A stretch of DNA of 56,038 nucleotides, the filler included, from Sphacelaria rigidula (Eukaryota), in the NCBI GenBank assembly GCA_964200075.2. It is 6 parts of 6 records of this genome, joined end to end, with 100 filler letters (N's around TTAATTAATTAA, not from the genome) between each part and the next. Parts side by side here need not be neighbours in the genome. Positions count along the whole stretch, not along the records: positions 9,358 to 18,614 come from CAXNAA020008904.1; positions 18,715 to 27,970 come from CAXNAA020008905.1; 4 more parts are not named here. One strand, given 5' to 3'. The first letter of the stretch is position 1, and the number at the start of each line of letters is the position of its first letter. Position numbers and translations under genes: made by a program. The notes beneath the pieces were generated by a model, which searched no databases, was not told the DNA's origin, and was given only the letters and a program-made list of their open reading frames with translations. Of the stretch, positions 9,677 to 22,489 are shown piece by piece.

Positions 9677-12600
9677 GCAGCGGCTACTGCTGCCCCAGCA
9701 GCAACAGCGACGGCGGGAGTGGCGGCACCCCCACGGCCCTCCCCCACCGGGGACTTCACGGACTACCCGCTGTCGGAAGAAGCCATGGCGATCGCGCAGG
9801 GCTTGACGGTTTCGAAGCAAACGGTGCCGCACTACTATCTCACGGTTGACCTGAAGTAAGCTTTTTATTTATTTATTTTTCGGGAGTGGTGGTATGTGAG
9901 AGATGGGGTATGACGAGTACCAACGTACAGAATCTCGAATGAAAGATCAAGAAAATTGTGGGCTCATGAATAAGGATGGTGGAAGGAACATGTGAAAATG
10001 TTGAAATAGAGAGCTTCAAAATATATATATGTATATATGTTCTCACGAATAATTAATGAATCGGAATTTTTTTCATTTTTGTTTTTTCTCTCCAAGGAAT
10101 TCGTGTTGAATAAATGATGGTATGTGTATGTGGAGGACAAATACACTCCGAGTTTTTTTCCCTCTAAGATTTGTGATTGCTGGCTGACTGCCGTCATTTC
10201 TGGCGTTGTCGATTTGGATGTACCACTACCGATGCGACATTGTCGGGAGAACCCTACCGCAACTCGGCCTCGGAGCATATCTACATTTGGCATATTTGAC
10301 GATTGATGCACTCCGATCGACGTTGTCATCATTAACCCGCCAGTCGCGCCAATTTTCATGGCATCGTCCGTGCTGACGCCGGTCGTTTGGTTTGGTTTCG
10401 ATTCCTTCCCTTGAGATCCCAACGGCCAGCTACGGGCCTGGATATGTCACAAGGCAGATAATATTTGAATTCATGTATTGTTCTAAATGATTAAATTAAT
10501 TGTTACTGATCTTAGGTATTAACGGGTTTATTTCCCCTCCCCCGAAATCCCCGAACTTTGGGGGTGGAAATAGTTTTATCGGAAAACTGTGAGAGCAGAT
10601 TTCTTCACCAGGTCAGGCAACAGATGAAATCGAGATTGGCTACAGATTTCTCCGAAAATCTAGCTTCGGAGTTTTTGTCAGCATTTTCTTTTAAAAGTCG
10701 GGAATTTTAACTTTTTTTCCAATTTCTCGAAAAAGAGCCAAATACACAAATCTGTAGAAGAAAAACTGCTTCTTCAGTCCGACCCCTTACTTGACTGAGC
10801 CATTCATTTTCCTCGATGATCATTCGTCAGCTTCAAACACACCACTACGTACTACTCTTTTATGAATTTGGTTGTGTGCGTGTGTGTTGCTGATAATAGG
10901 CTTGAGAAGCTTTTGAAGGTGCGAGAAACCCTCAACGAAGGTCTTCCAGAGGGCGAGAAACTCTCCCTTAACGACATGCTACTCAAGGCGGCGGCGCTTG
11001 CATCCGAGAAAGTCCCTGATGTGAGTCAACCGTCCCCTCCCGTGCCGTGTCGTCTCCCTCCACTCGAAAAATAAGAGGAAGAAGAATTCAGCAAGGTTGT
11101 GTTCTGTAGGGTACGTGAATGTTTTGTAGGGTATGATATTCCTTGCAGAACTTACAGGAATATCGGGTACCGGTATGGAAGCATTACAGAAATTACCAAA
11201 CTGTCGGGTACGGGTTCGAAAGTCTTCACGGAAATTGAAGAACTTGTCGGGTACGGTATGGGAGGCAGACGGGAAAACCGTACTGGCAACCGGGTATTTC
11301 TTCAAGAGCATACCCGCTCCCGGGTACGGGTAAGCATTCCGTACAGAACTCACAGGGCTGTCGGGTAAGGGGATGAGAGGCTTGCAGAACTCACAGAAAC
11401 TGTCGGGTAGGGTATTGAGGTTACACAGAAAACCGTAACTGCAACCGGGTATCCCATTAACAGCATACCCGTGCCCCGCGGTAATGCCACAGGAGGCTTG
11501 CAGAACTCAAATAACTATGGGGTAAGGGTATGAAAGTCCTACAGAGGTTACAGAACTGCTGGGTACCGGTATGAGAGTGTCTTACAGAGTGTGCAGAACT
11601 GTCTGGTACGGTAAATACCCCGGGTATACAGAAAACCGACCTCTACAGCACACAGCCTTGGAATCCAGCTTCCGCTAGCAAGCTCTCGTACTCCTTCGGT
11701 GACACCGCTGAGTAGACTTGAGACAGTAAATAGAGATGAGACGAGTAATGAAATATAGCAAGTATAGTGCGATGGAATCAAAATGTAATGAAAATGAGAA
11801 CCAAAAAATAAGTAAGAAAAAACGAAGAAGATTTTTATCAACGGGAAAAATTACTTTTTATGTTTAACGCGCCTTCCCGTAGCCGTAATATGAAATAAAA
11901 TGAGAGCCAAAATGAAAAATAAAAAAGTATTACAAATGTTGGAAATTCTTTTGTTTTTTTCACTCATCTCCCCGAAAGGTGAAACGGAAATGAAATGAAA
12001 CCGAAAAAAAAAATCCAAAGAGTAGTATCAACGTAAAATATATGTATATGCATATATTTTCATGCACTCCCCCCTACCCGTGACGGTAACACAAGCTTCG
12101 CACGCGTTCGTTTCCCGCTTTTTGTATTGTCAGGTAAATGCGTCATGGATGGATACGTTCGTTCGACAGTACAAATCTTTCGACGTTAACGTCACCGTAG
12201 GCGTTGGCGACGGGCTGGTGGCACCAGTCGTGAAGGACGTCGGGGGTCGTGGGCTTAAGGCCATCTCGGATGACGTACGGGAGTTGGCTCGTGGTGCTCA
12301 GGAGCAGGAGCTTGAGCCGCATCAGGTGCGTTTTTTTTTATTTCCCCTTGGGGGACATTAATGTGTTTCAACAAGTTGTTACTTCCTGTGGTTCGTGTTT
12401 TGATTGATTGATGTGCGATCTAACTAGCCATTCCTCCTGGAAGGTTTTACACGACAGTGTCCGGCAAAGTGCCAGTCCCATGTGAGAGTGGTGCGATAGC
12501 CCCCCTCCCCCCCAAAACAAAACTAAACAGACTGAGACCGATTACGAGGTAAGCGGCCATTATTATTATTCATCATCATTATTTACCCACATTAGTCCGA

Positions 12601-15600
12601 TCTCGCGAACCCGTGGTCACAGACGTACGCTTGCATTTCCAATACCGTTTCCTGCTATTCCTTACCAGACACAGTACCAAAATGAAATAAGTAGAGAGAC
12701 GCCACGAAAACCGGTGAGAAGCAGCTCCCCCGAGCTCAACGGGGAGGCAAAAGAAAGAAAAACAAGCAAACACGCAAACAACAAACGCCAGATCTGTCAA
12801 AAATGTACACCAAAAGAAAGGAAGAGAGAAAATATTAAAAACCAAAACAGGAAAAGACAGGTGACACGAGCAGATTAGTATGGCCACTATGTTCGGGTTC
12901 AACTCAAGAACAACCATACAGCGTATGATAGCTTGTTGAAGATTGCATGAAATGTCTCATCTTGGCGATATTGGAGAAAACGATCCCGAGCGTGGGAGTC
13001 CGCAGCTGCTCGGTCTGCTCCACTTCCATCATTTTTATTTTCAGACAGATTTTGCCTCCTCAAGCCGGCCACTTTTCTCGGGCGGGGGGGTGCAAGATAT
13101 CGCGGCATGACTCGTGAGTAGTAGATACAATAGTTCGCGACTCGTGTGCCCTTAAGTCGGTTGCTAGAGCTATGTGCTATTAATACTATCGATGGCCTTG
13201 CCTCTTGTTCAATGTCCTCGTTTTTCGTTATTTGTTGTTTTTACTCCATCACCAAATTCAGTCCGCCCGCACTAGCTTCTTGTTTCTTGTTTCTTGTCTT
13301 TATTCGTCAGCTGAGCAGGCATTAGAAAAAAGCAAAGACCATCACCCCTACCCCCCGTGTACTGTGCACCTTGTAGTACGGCATTGACATCAATTGGAAT
13401 CGTGAGTACACCCCTCCCCCGCCCCCCAGAAAATATGAAGCAACTCATTCGAGGATGTCCTCCCAACGCGAGATAATCAGCACGCTTCGGGCCGAACAAC
13501 CCTAGTAGGATGCAGGTCACCCCTCATGCCACTTGCTGCACACACCAGGGCGCTTCGCGCTTCGTGATTGCAAGCCTGGTCCGGCGAAAACCCGGCGTGC
13601 TCCTTTCCGGCTTTGTAGGGATGCAAGGTCGATGGTCTTTTGACTACTGCTTGAAGAGTCATGAGTACACCCGCTCAGTCGCCTCTTGACCCCTCCCGAC
13701 GGCTGTATACCCTGTTTTGTACCTTCCTGACCTTCGTATACCCTGTCTTGGCGAGTGCAGGTGGAAACAGGAACATTCACCGTGACCAACTTAGGTGCCT
13801 ATGGCGTCAAGAACTTCGCTCCGATAGTGCGTATGCCCCAGGCTTGTGCGCTGGCTCTGGGAGCCGCGGAAGAAAGGGTCATCCCCAACGAGGGTAAGTA
13901 ATCGTTCACAGCCGGCTATGGTCTGTACTCAATTTATTGTGAGTCGTGGATACTGCTGCGAGTCTGGCTTTATTCCCCCGCCCTAACTCTGCCGTGCCCC
14001 ACCACCAGCTTGGCTGTGCTCCCTGCGCGATACTTACCAGCTAGTGTTGCTTCCGCCTGCCTAGAACACCGTGCGGTTGGCTCCGACGTACTGTATGTAC
14101 TGCGTTCGCCGACCACGTGGGGCGCTCTCAGTTGGAGCTTTGGTTGTGTCGCACGATAAGGTGTTTCCGAGACGGCAAGAGAGAGAAACTGACTGGGTAC
14201 ATGCGTCATCGGCTCGGCGTTCATGTTGACCGCTCCATTTTTTTTTTTTGCATCTGGAGGTTCCGTTGTTGGCATGCATGCACATGTTCTGCGTTTATTG
14301 TGTTGTTTCGTGATATCTTTTATTCACGAGCTGGGCCAGCAGTACATCCCGCATTTGCATCTCCAACCATAACTCAAGTTTACCAAATCAGCTCGACTTG
14401 AGCATATCGCTGTGAATTGCAGACCAACCTGGTGATGCACGGCATCGACGCTGGTCGATTGGCGAAGGTCTGGCGATGATGTTATTGTACTGCATTGAGT
14501 ACCGGGAACGTCTCGTGTCTTTGCGTGGTAGCGTGTCTAGAGACGTTTCGTTTCACGAAATGCGCTGAAATTACGGTAGGGAATCGCACCGCACAAGCAC
14601 GCGTTGACTCGACATGCGCAGGCAAAAGCACAGTGGTACGAGTAGTGCTGCAACATGATATCAAGGTCGTCAACAGCTCCATCATGGGAGAGAACCTCCC
14701 AGTCGACGGCCATTTATCACCGTCAGAGGGAGAAGTACTCCCCCAAACTGCGCTATACACCCCCTAGGTGCAAGGCGCTATGCCAGATTATTCCCCCCCA
14801 AAATGGTCGTGTCGGGATTCGAACTCGTGACCTCTGTAATAACAGGCGGTTCTATCAGTTTGACCACCGGGGGTGCAGCTGTGCCACACGAAAAATTGGA
14901 TGCTGTGCCAAATTTCTCAAAGTTTTGGCCGATATTGCACCAGGATCTCTTTCACACAAGGACGCACAACATTTATGGGGGCCTCCGTATTGTTTTTTTT
15001 GCACGGAGTTGAAGCAGTTTTCTAGTTTTCGCAGAAGGTTCAAATCGCTCTAATTTCCTTTTTTATTTTTTTCCTTTTTGGGATCCTCAAAAATGTTGTG
15101 TGTGACGATGACTAGAATGTTGTGTCAAAATTTCAGCGCCTAACTCTTCGAATTACTGATAGCATCGCCAGGATATATTCAGAAATCACTGTCAGCTGGC
15201 CCAGCCTGTATTAATCTGTGCTTTTACTCCTTTTTTTTTGTCAAATTCTACATGCGTTTCCCGGTGCTCACATAACACAGGAACATGGGGTAGAACTTGA
15301 TTTATAAATTGTAGCAACACAAAAACATCGCCACAAGTCCATGGTTAGAACAAACTCGAGATACCAATGTGGGCCGATAAAATTGGGTCGCTGATGAAAG
15401 ACTGGCGGTCCGAAAGTGGTCACCTGGCTGGCGCAACACGACACCTTGCTCTTGAGGGGATGTCTCAGCTCGGCCGATGCATGCCTGCCCGTGAAGCTCT
15501 CTGCACACAACCGTTGCTCACAGTTTCTCCCGATGTCTCGGGTGTGGGGGTTAGAACCACGATTACTCTTCATTTCCTTCTACAATACTACTATTTGTCA

Positions 15601-17292
15601 ACCAAGGAATTCAACGACGGATCGGCGTAAACATGAGTCATCCGTGTTCCCCCCTCGTCCCTCCCCCCGTTTTGCAGATCCAGAGAGCGAAGAGATTTAC
15701 CAGCTGGAGACCATGCTCTCCGCCACGTTGAGCTGCGATCACAGGGTGAGTTTTGTATACCATCATACATCAACCACCGCGCCCCACTGGTCTGCGGATC
15801 AAAATTGACTCCACAAGGGTGGAAAGAATACGGATTCGATCCCCACGAGATGCGTTTAGAGTGATACCTATTATATTACCTTTTTTGTCACGACTTAGTC
15901 TGCTATGTCGTTCTGTTCGACCCCTATTATTTTATTTTATTTTCTGTTCCTGTTTTTTTTTTCCCTTGGAGCGTGTTTCAGTTTCGTGTTTCTTGGGTAC
16001 GTCTATCATGAGACCAGGCTAGACCCCTGGGGGGTCAGTTAAAGTGCGACAATCGATCAATCAATCACTCAATTTCGGAGGTATATGATTCACGTGGGTG
16101 AAAGCATGAGGACGTGGTCGGCAAAAAATAACTTGATGACAGTCGACGCCCTGCGGCAGTGCTGATCCAATCCAATCTAAGAGACTAGAGTGCAAGGCGT
16201 GTACCGTGTACCATGTACCGAGGAAGAGATTGAATGATCCCTCGAGACCACGGGCCCGTCTCGACGAGGGGGCGCGGAGGGGTACTCACTTGTTGCTCGC
16301 CTTGGTAATTTGACCTCGAGGGAGGGGGAGGGGGAAGGGAGTTCTTTTTCGTTGCTCGCCTTAGTCGTTGACCAAGCATTCCTTTTGAGACTGAGCATCG
16401 TACCTCTAGCGAGCGAGGGGACGGGGGCGAAGGGGGGTGACGAAGAATAACTAAATGTAGGCAATGTAGGTGATCTAGGTATATCCATGAGAAGTGCGGC
16501 ACAGTATGTGCAGTAGTAGCACGCCCAACACGTGGAACTCCTGGCTGTTTCTTTCGTATATATAAATGTGTCCATACTTATGTATGTAAAAATATATAAG
16601 TTGGGCTCAAGAAGCGGAGATGCGATAACTGCAAGATGAGGTGCGTGTATTATGGCTCGCTGTATTAGGTCACTTCGTGTGTGTGACTGCGGATATCAGG
16701 TGTTGGACTAATGTGGCGGCGACGTCGAAGGTTAATCGTGTGGTATTTTCGGGATTCTTCAAGGGTCAAACGAACAATGGTTGATTCGTCCCAAGTTGCT
16801 TGCTTTTCGTGATTGATTCGTACTGTACGAATCAACCGTTGGACTGTTTTCGCAGCGTTGCACTCCAGGTACGCGCACCAAGGGGCGTGAAGTGGCGCAA
16901 AATTTGAGCCAAGACTTCGTTGATCCGCGGTCAACTTGTTTTTTCCTCGAGAAATTAGGCCTCAGAAATCGTTCATTTGTTGACTCGCACCAGCGGTGAT
17001 TCCTTTGACCATTTTTTCTCCCCCCTATTTCGTACCTGGAAACACACCATGTGTTCGTCTGAATGGTGAAACGACACTACTCAGCACAATATATATATAT
17101 ATATATATATATGAACGAGAAACAGAAGAAGTGTGTGTGCTGTCGTGCTTGACGATTTGTGCTGGTATCCGTCTGCGTGTCATGTTTATCGCCATGTCAT
17201 TTATGTTCCAGGTGGTAGATGGAGCGGTGAGCGCGCAGTGGCTGGCTGCTTTCCGAGGGCTGGTGGAGAATCCACTGACGATGCTGCTGTAG
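9677..17292 (+). CDS. DLAT: Dihydrolipoamide acetyltransferase (pyruvate dehydrogenase E2), 3' six exons; 5' part absent from this contig
   Basis: Exons 9677-9855, 10900-11020, 12134-12325, 13761-13893, 15678-15745 and 17212-17292. All have GT-AG boundaries with consistent phases (2,0,0,1,0). The spliced product contains SKQTVPHYYLTVD, LSLNDMLLKAAALA..VPDVNASW, GTFTVTNLG.YGV and the catalytic LSCDHRVVDGA, ending in ENPLTMLL*. Confidence 0.95.
11104..11648. mobile_element. Intronic non-autonomous element built of ~36-40-bp cagaactcacagaa..tcgggtacgggtatg units, with short terminal inverted repeats
   Basis: About a dozen degenerate tandem units. The ends CTGTAGGGTACG and CGACCTCTACAG are approximate inverted repeats. 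Confidence 0.6.
12560..12920 (-). mobile_element. Probable retroposon 3' end with (AAT)n tail
   Basis: The minus strand has a T-rich body ending gtgaccacgggttcgcgagatcggactaatgtgggtaaataatgatgatgaataataataat. It carries the same GACCACGG pre-tail motif as the (AATC)-tailed elements. Confidence 0.5.
13545..13673 (-). repeat. GGGTGTACTCATG-headed short dispersed repeat
   Basis: The reverse complement aligns with 41130-41235 (tgtactcatga..gtca..agac.at.gacct.gcatccctacaaa.gc..ga..ggagcacgccg.g.tttcgccggac.aggct). Confidence 0.75.
14600..14876 (-). mobile_element. Probable tRNA-derived SINE (third family)
   Basis: The minus-strand head GCACCCCCGGTGGTCAAACTGATAG...GAGTTCGAATCCCG has an A-box and B-box but no full cloverleaf. 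The 3' limit is uncertain. Confidence 0.5.
15779..16071 (+). mobile_element. SINE-like element: degenerate tRNA-like head followed by an (AATC)n-tailed body
   Basis: The head gcgccccactggtctgcgg...agggtggaaagaatacggattcgatcccc resembles the SINE family 1 head. Positions 15894-16071 match 9450-9607. Confidence 0.55.
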
Positions 17293-17833
17293 TAGTAGGA
17301 CTCTGCTTGTGAAGGCGGGGAGGAAGATACGCGGATAGCTTAGCGTTGCTTTTTGGTGCTGTTTTTACCGGTCCCTAGTACGCGCACCCTGTGTTTTGAC
17401 CACCATTTTTGTAAGTTCTTCAAATCCCGTGGCGCGTTTCATTCATTTTTTCTTCTTGCTCTTCTGTCTCCATGTTTTGGATCCTGGAACTCTCATGCTG
17501 GTATGATCCGCGAGAGGGGATGGATACATGTTTTTTGGAGATATTTTGTCGGGGGTTTGACTCTTCGTGTGACTAGTTTTTACTTTTCTGAAAAAAAAAA
17601 GAGCCAGGAATCGAAATTCCTGTGAGTCTTCGCAGATTTTTTGATGTAATGTGCGCGTTGGAATGAACCGAGTCTTGGAAGTGCACGTGGATGTTGCTCT
17701 TTGAGGATAACGGCAAGACGCCGCACAGTAAACAAGCGATGTGCGCAATAGTCTCGGGTGTTTCCTTTTTCCAACGTTTTTGGTCGATCGGAGGACTGCC
17801 GCATTTGGGGTGTGGTCGCTGTTGATCCGTTAA

Positions 17834-17949
17834 CCCTTTCAGAACTCACTGGCGATTTTGTTTTTCGAACGGGCATCATTTTCAGTCATTTTCAAGTCAA
17901 AGTGATGCCGATTCACAAAAACACAAATCGTCAGTGGGCTCCCGGAGGG
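17834..17949. mobile_element. 116-bp foldback MITE with piggyBac-like ends
   Basis: TTAA|CCCT ... AGGG|TCAA. The two halves are imperfect reverse complements (ctcactggcgattttgtttttcgaacgggcatcattt versus aaagtgatgccgattcacaaaaacacaaatcgtcagtggg). Confidence 0.65.
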
Positions 17950-18614
17950 TCAAGCACCTTCTATCTGCGAACGTTTTCGACAGATTCAAGGGAGAGGGTG
18001 ATTTGACTTCCGGAAGTCGAGATATTTATTCTCGCTAGCAGCACGACGCGAGTGCGCGATAGGCCCACCGCGCACCGTCGGCATGCGGTTTGCTTCGTCC
18101 AAACTTGAAACTAGAAAAGTGCTGTAGTGTAGAAATCAATTACCATTGAAGTGTTCGCACAACACGATATCTGTCTCGTCGATTGATCTTCATCTCTCAT
18201 CTCACTGTTGGATCCTCCACTCCAATGTACCGACGCGAATGTCCCATAACCGTTGGGTTGTACAAGACGTCGAAGTCCGTCGGTGTATGAAGTTCAGGGC
18301 CCAGAGCCATCCCGATGACTATTAATGAAATATGAGTAGAGACTACCAAATACAGACAAGTGCTGAATACAGGCGAATAGCGCCACCATTTTGGAAGTTA
18401 TGATTTGGCGTAAGGCTCGAGTTGTTATTTCCTCTGGGCCACCGAAAGCCCCTGTGTAGGTTCAGGTGTAGGGCTCTTAGTCAGGCGTCACAATTTGTCC
18501 TCAAGTTTTTAACCGCCATGTTCTCAAGTGGTGGTGCTACCTACATGTAACAGCCGATTTTATATTTTGGGGTTCATACAAAATATGGGGCTGAAGTGGC
18601 ATTTCTCTCTTGCA

Positions 18615-18714
18615 NNNNNNNNNNNNNNNNNNNNNNNNNNNNNNNNNNNNNNNNNNNNTTAATTAATTAANNNNNNNNNNNNNNNNNNNNNNNNNNNNNN
18701 NNNNNNNNNNNNNN
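18615..18714. other. Artificial contig linker
   Basis: Same N44-TTAATTAATTAA-N44 structure. Confidence 0.98.
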
Positions 18715-21700
18715 CCCCCCCCCCCCCCCCTGCGCTCGGGGCGGGGGGAGGGGGGGGGGGGGCTGGAGAAGAGACGAAAACCTCCAACCAGCATCGACTT
18801 TGTGTTGTATGCCACGGTAGTATGTAATGGTGACGCCGGGAAATCTGTGTGTCACCTGGGAAGATATCGGCGAGATATGCACGTGACGTTGTTTAATGTA
18901 CAGGTTGTCGATTCAATGCCGAGAAGTGTCTCGGGTGGCTTTTTTTGTCACCGAAGGGTAAAATCCCCCGTTATCATTTGTAGCTCCAAATACGACGAGC
19001 TGGGAGCAGGGGGTGCGGGGGGGAAGGAGCTGTGGCTTCTAGCGAACCTTGCCCAATACCCCACCACTATGGCTGGAGATGTGACATGGAAGATGACTGC
19101 AACGAGCGAGACGTTGATACATCTGAACAATAGCACGGTCTAAAAATCATTTTTTTCGAATACCTATGCTAGCGTATAACTCCAGATGGGGACGTTTGGC
19201 ACGACGGAGGTTTTCAGCTATTGTTCTTTCTGTTGCGTGGTTATTTTTTTGTCTACTCGAATTCCACTTCGAGGAGTATTCCCATTGTCAATATGCCTTG
19301 GGCATGTTCATGTTCCCCGTGACTACCCCTGCATGTCGCCTCGGGTTGGTCAATCAATCAATCAAAGGTGCACATGAACGCGGCTGAACATCGTTCAACA
19401 CTGGCAAAGGCACTGCTGGGTACCAGCATTGTATTTGCTGCCATACAGTGTGTTTAGCCCATGTTTTGGTCCCTACTGCACCGGCACCCCGGTCCTCCTC
19501 TGCTGCTTTTCATACACACAATATATTGAACATATTTATTCGTTTTTCATGCTGTGCGTGCGTGCGTGGGGGGGGGGGGTGTAGCTTCTTGTGCGTAATG
19601 GAAGCATATTCCTTTACCGCTGCCTTTGTCGTTGAACAAAGAAACGAGTACTTGTACAGAGTGTTATTCAAGTGCGTTGGGTTGCCGGTCGACGGTCCAC
19701 GTGCGCTTTTGGCCCAGCAGGGTAGAGTGGGTGCCGTTTTGTTTGCCGGGAGTCGTTCCTCGGCTGTCAACTACCAGTATACCTGCGTGTGCTTCGGGTA
19801 CAAAACTATTTCGCCGTGCGTGATTGTGCGCGTGCGTACGTGCATGTTCGTGGGTTCATGATGAAATGGCAGAGTAAACCCCGTATATGTTTCGGTAGTA
19901 GGCTATGAAGGCAGTGGAAATGCAATTCGAAAGAAGATCATTGTATAGCATACGGTGTGGTGTTCGCACATGGACTTACTTGGCAACCCGGCTATTGGTC
20001 AGCACAAGCTGTGATTCCCGGTTCTATTGATATTGTTCGGAAGTATGCTGGGGGGAGAGACCCAGTCTGAAGTTGGACATGAAGGATGCGTGTATGTGCA
20101 TGTTACCAACGGAGTTCACTCCTTACTCATCTGATGCGCAGGGCTGTGTGTTGCGACCTTTACACATTCGCTAATGCTAGCATTGTTGAAATTAGTGTAG
20201 TGGCTTACCGTACATACAAGTAAACACTATGCTGTGTTCAGCTGTCCGACGGACAGGAGCTGTGGTTCAACTCGTACGACGACACGGTGACAGTTCAGAG
20301 AACGTGTAGTGTAGTGTTGGTAAAGGAATTCAGCTCTTAGCTGGAATACTGTACTCAGATTATAGGTACAACAAACCAGCGGCGTAATAGCGCCACAGCG
20401 TGTTTCGTAAGACGTTTCAGCTCAGCAGTAATGAAGTAGAGAAGATGCAGTGACGAACGGACTGGCCGTGCGGAAGGGCTAGTCGCAGGGACAAATGCAA
20501 ACAGAGTAAGGACAAATAACGCAAGTGTTGTGAGGTTCGAGTACATAAGTCTTGGATCAACGAAGAGTTGCGTGCATAGAGTCAAACGTGAAGACTTTTA
20601 GCATGAAGCGATTCGATGTACAGTTTTACGGTAGGAATAATCTGATGGGAGAACTTCACAGATTGGAACAACCGTCCACCACCACTCTTCAAGAAACTCC
20701 CGTTATCAGCTTTTCTTCAGCTCTTTGCGCGAAGAAGAGACCGAGTGTTTTATTCTTTGCTGGCGATACAAGCGCCTTCAAAAACTATGGACTTCTTTCT
20801 CTTGCTGCACAGCGCACTTACCTCAACCGTTGTTGCGCTGGGTTCCTCTTGCCAACTCTGTTCGGTAAGTTCTCTGAACAGTCGCTGAGAAGGCAGGCGA
20901 ATTGATACAGAGTTCTTGTTCGTCGGACAGCTGAGCGTACAACACTGTGCACTTGTAAACGGCAAGCCCAGTAGTTTCCGACACTCTTCTATCTTGATGA
21001 CAAGAGCTCGCAGAGGGCGCACAGTACTATAAAGTGACTTGCGCCGTGCAAAAAAGTAATCAGTCGAGAGTAGAATGATATTACAGACACGTAAGTGGCC
21101 AACACGAAATAAAACACCCAGCCCCTTCGTAGAACAAGGAGCTGTGTGAACAGTGGTTGGTAGGAGCCTTTACAGACGAGTTTTTTCTTCACCCATTTTC
21201 ATCAATTTATGGATATATTTTTGAGGGTAAAAATGGATGAAATGTATAAGATTATGATACCCTGGACGATAGATTCCACCGTCGAAACGTGTACTGCGTA
21301 TGGTATGGAATTATTCTTTATTGCAATAGATACAATAGTCGATGCTGCACACAGGATACTCTTTGACGGTGTATGCTCTTGTCCAGCGTGTGGAAATTAT
21401 GGATGAAAATGGATGAAAATAGACGAAAAGTATGAAAATTAAACCCATTAACAAGGGCCTGAAGAGAGTGAATACGTTGGGGGATGTATCCCAAGGTGTC
21501 AAACTCTCCAAGCAACCCTTTGATCCTACAATCTCAAAGCTTCCCTCCGATTAATCTTACGTCCATCTTTACGTACTAGAAAACTGTACGCCTAGTCTCT
21601 ACGTATAATCTCTCTGTTCGGTCAGTCATTTCGTACCAAAGACCTCTAAATGTAGCGCTTTTGTATACATCCCCTTGGTTGCAGTATTGTCCCATTTCTT

Positions 21701-22489
21701 CTGCCACACTAAGCTGAAGGTGTGACTGTTGTGATGAATCGTCACAAAACATACCGCATATCTTGTTGGATGCTAAAATAATGTTATTTGTTCATTCGCA
21801 ACGAGCATGTGTCCATGTGGAGAACCTGCGCAGTTGTTTAGCTCTTGTCTTATCAAATGCTCGCGGTCGCCAGGCAATGTACTCATAATTCATATCGTTG
21901 ATAGCCCGTGTTTCCCTAGCTCGCGTCATACAAAGCTGGTGCAGTATACGGGGGGATTTTCAACAGTGACCAAGAGGGAATGGGATATATCGTGAATGGA
22001 TACCATGAATGACAACGAGGCCTTAGTACGTCGTAAGGAGGGACTGCTGGCCTGACAGGGCCAGAATTTCTGCATTTATATTTCCGCACATTAGCCCGGT
22101 GCCTCGAACTCGTGGCCACACATGTACGCTCACCTGTTGAGTACTGTCACTGCTATTTATTTCATGACGTAAAAGCGCTTATTGAACGGCTTCTATGAGA
22201 CTCTAGAACAAGAAGAATAAACAAGGAGAAAAAAACATCCCACCGATCTAGCCGGAGATGTCGTGAAACGAAATATCAGATCTGGTAATAGAGTAACAGA
22301 ACTCGAGAGACGTAGTAGTAAGCAAAGCGTCAATAAAACACCCCAGGTTCCCGAGGACAAAAACAGCGAAAACGTCAGCAAGATGGCAGATGCACCAGTG
22401 AGTATATCGCGCGATGGGCTCCTTGATAGGTTTCGGCGAATTTCGATAGACACAGAGGGAACTCGAGTGGTAACACGGCGAAAATTTCC

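Noticed and set aside
4272-9677. DIRS element sitting in a DLAT intron or promoter
   Set aside because: An artificial linker separates the two, so adjacency is not supported.
14329-15205. TIR element bounded by gctgggccagc / gctggcccagc
   Set aside because: Only ~11 bp match and no clear TSD. Possible, but not supportable from this copy alone.
19400-22200. Short ORFs such as 20552..20905 as a gene or viral insert
   Set aside because: No recognisable motifs or consistent splice pattern were found by eye.
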